This document shows positions 62,848-64,000 of a stretch of DNA of 64,000 nt, in pieces (the first letter of the stretch is position 1; every line of letters starts with the position of its first letter). The DNA is from Candidatus Undinarchaeales archaeon (GTDB lineage Archaea; SpSt-1190; JASMDC01): positions 1-64,000 of the forward strand of contig JASMDC010000020.1 of assembly GCA_030753015.1 (NCBI GenBank). The letters run 5' to 3'. The notes beneath the pieces were generated by a model that saw only the letters and a list, made by a program, of their open reading frames with translations, made no database searches and was not told where the DNA came from. A program made the translations under genes and the position numbers.

Positions 62848-63881
62848 GCGAGCAGGTCCTCCCGTACCATGTGCGCGAGGCCCACGCTGGGGGCCACGTC
62901 CCCCGAGCCGTCGCCGAACGCCTGTGAGAAGGATCGAACGCACCCGATGCCCGCCCTGACGGCCGCCGGACGGGCCAGCGCTTCCGCCCCGATCCCTGCC
63001 ACGATGGCCAGGGGGGGCGTGCTACGGATCCCCGCGCAGACCGTGGCGATACCATTGCGGACCGCCTCGATCTGCCGGTCGGCGAAGAATCGGCTCAGCT
63101 CACGGATATCGTCCGTGGAGAGCTGCGTCATGTCGGCACACACGACCCGACAGATACGGGCCATGGCCTCGGGCACGGTAACTCCCCGGCCGTCGAGGGT
63201 GTCGCACGTGTACCTCTCCTCGTCGATGTTCTCGAGGACCAGGTGGACGTCAGCGGACTGGGCGAAAAGCTCGGACGAGACACCGTACCTTATCCCCCCG
63301 ATCTCCGCGAATTGTGAGACCGCTGCGAGGTTCGTCCGCAGGAGGCCGGTGTAGACCAGCTCGCCGGTCCCGAGCCGTTCGAGGTCCGTCCCGCCCTTGG
63401 GAGCGACTATCCCATCGATGATAGGGATGATGTCCGTGGAGGTGCTGCCCGTGTCCAGGAGGAGGGCATCGGGGAACCTCTTTGCGGCCAGGAAGGCCGA
63501 AGCGTACCAGTTCGCCGCGGCAACGGCAACCGGTGCCTTCCGTGCACGTGTGGTGTCGAGGAGGTGACCTGAGACATCCAGCACACGCACCTCTGTGTCC
63601 CGTGCGACCTCGTCGATACAGTCGAGCACATGGGACACGCCCTCCGCCTTCGTTTCATAGGTATCGGACAGCTCGCACGTCATGGTAACGCCGATCCCGA
63701 GGACGTCCGTGGGAAGGGAGGACACGACGCCCCTGAGCATGGAGGCCAGTTCGTCCCGGCGCTGCCATACCGGGAAGTATGTGCAGGAAGTCGAGATCGT
63801 CTCCGCACCATCGGGACCGAACGACAGCACGGCCACCTTGGTGTTCGCGCCCCCGATATCAATGCCGACGTACGAGGCCAT
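62844..63881 (-). CDS. mfnF: Hydantoinase-A-family protein, MfnF-like (H4MPT-linked C1 pathway)
   Basis: GIDIGGANTK, VTMT.EL.D....K..GV, AAANW, D.GSTSTDIIPI, D..RL..GELVYTG..RT, SSE.FA..AD. Confidence 0.9.
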   Translation of the reverse strand: MASYVGIDIGGANTKVAVLSFGPDGAETISTSCTYFPVWQRRDELASMLRGVVSSLPTDVLGIGVTMTCELSDTYETKAEGVSHVLDCIDEVARDTEVRVLDVSGHLLDTTRARKAPVAVAAANWYASAFLAAKRFPDALLLDTGSTSTDIIPIIDGIVAPKGGTDLERLGTGELVYTGLLRTNLAAVSQFAEIGGIRYGVSSELFAQSADVHLVLENIDEERYTCDTLDGRGVTVPEAMARICRVVCADMTQLSTDDIRELSRFFADRQIEAVRNGIATVCAGIRSTPPLAIVAGIGAEALARPAAVRAGIGCVRSFSQAFGDGSGDVAPSVGLAHMVREDLLA

Positions 63882-63884
63882 GGC

Positions 63885-64000
63885 CTACACGCCCCCCTCT
63901 ACGGTCCGCTTGTGTCTGAGCGCCCCCTGCTCGGCATGCGCTGGTGTCCTGCCAAGGTCGAAAACCATTCCCCCAGTGGTCCCGTCGATGCTCACGGGCG
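63885..64000 (-). CDS. 3' end of an upstream gene in the mfn operon (possibly MfnD-like, not verifiable)
   Basis: Open frame ...PVSIDGTTGGMVFDLGRTPAHAEQGALRHKRTVEGGV* ending TAG 63887-63885, 3 nt before the mfnF ATG. Confidence 0.45.
   Translation of the reverse strand, partial: PVSIDGTTGGMVFDLGRTPAHAEQGALRHKRTVEGGV

Noticed and set aside
1-64000. Genome-wide TAG or TGA reassignment
   Set aside because: Conserved genes end properly at TAG (eif5a, uppS, sfsA) and TGA (lig, mfnB); only isolated internal stops were seen.
1-64000. CRISPR array, IS/transposase, integrase, rRNA
   Set aside because: No regularly spaced DNA repeats, recombinase or transposase motifs, or long non-coding stretches were seen by eye.

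Overview
GC-rich archaeal chromosomal segment, almost fully coding, with about 48 genes. Archaeal markers are TFS, aIF5A, Nob1, Sec11-type signal peptidase, ATP-dependent DNA ligase, UppS, TATA-box promoters and apparently leaderless starts. The RG|Q-type class III signal peptides, the DUF87/HerA ATPase type and Cys-repeat exported proteins suggest a DPANN-like lineage, but this is inference only. Blocks from left to right: (1) 0-12 kb: a truncated Gly/Gln/Tyr prion-like membrane protein, a pilin-like protein, signal peptidase, TFS, a PIN pair, and two ~1200-aa paralogous pilin-like proteins whose domains appear nested inside one another. (2) 12-25 kb: B12-radical SAM and DUF362 genes, housekeeping genes, and several intact but catalytically degenerate enzymes (SucCD without the phospho-His, KaiC-like without Walker A, degenerate PRTase) next to an intact HerA-like ATPase. 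(3) 25.5-36.4 kb: a biosynthetic cluster of an ATP-grasp ligase, three B12-radical SAMs, a carbamoyltransferase, a deacetylase, a GT2 and a GT-C transferase. (4) 36.7-38.3 kb: three tandem paralogs of a family I do not recognise. (5) 42-51 kb: an operon of three large secreted proteins, one of them a 1533-aa Cys-rich protein. (6) 51-64 kb: Zn/Mn ABC importer, cDPG synthetase-like NTPase, HD protein, GH1 beta-glucosidase, an amber-interrupted ClC gene, an ABC-2 exporter and methanofuran genes mfnB/E/F. I saw no rRNA, tRNA, CRISPR array or transposase. All calls come from reading motifs by eye; no database searches were run.
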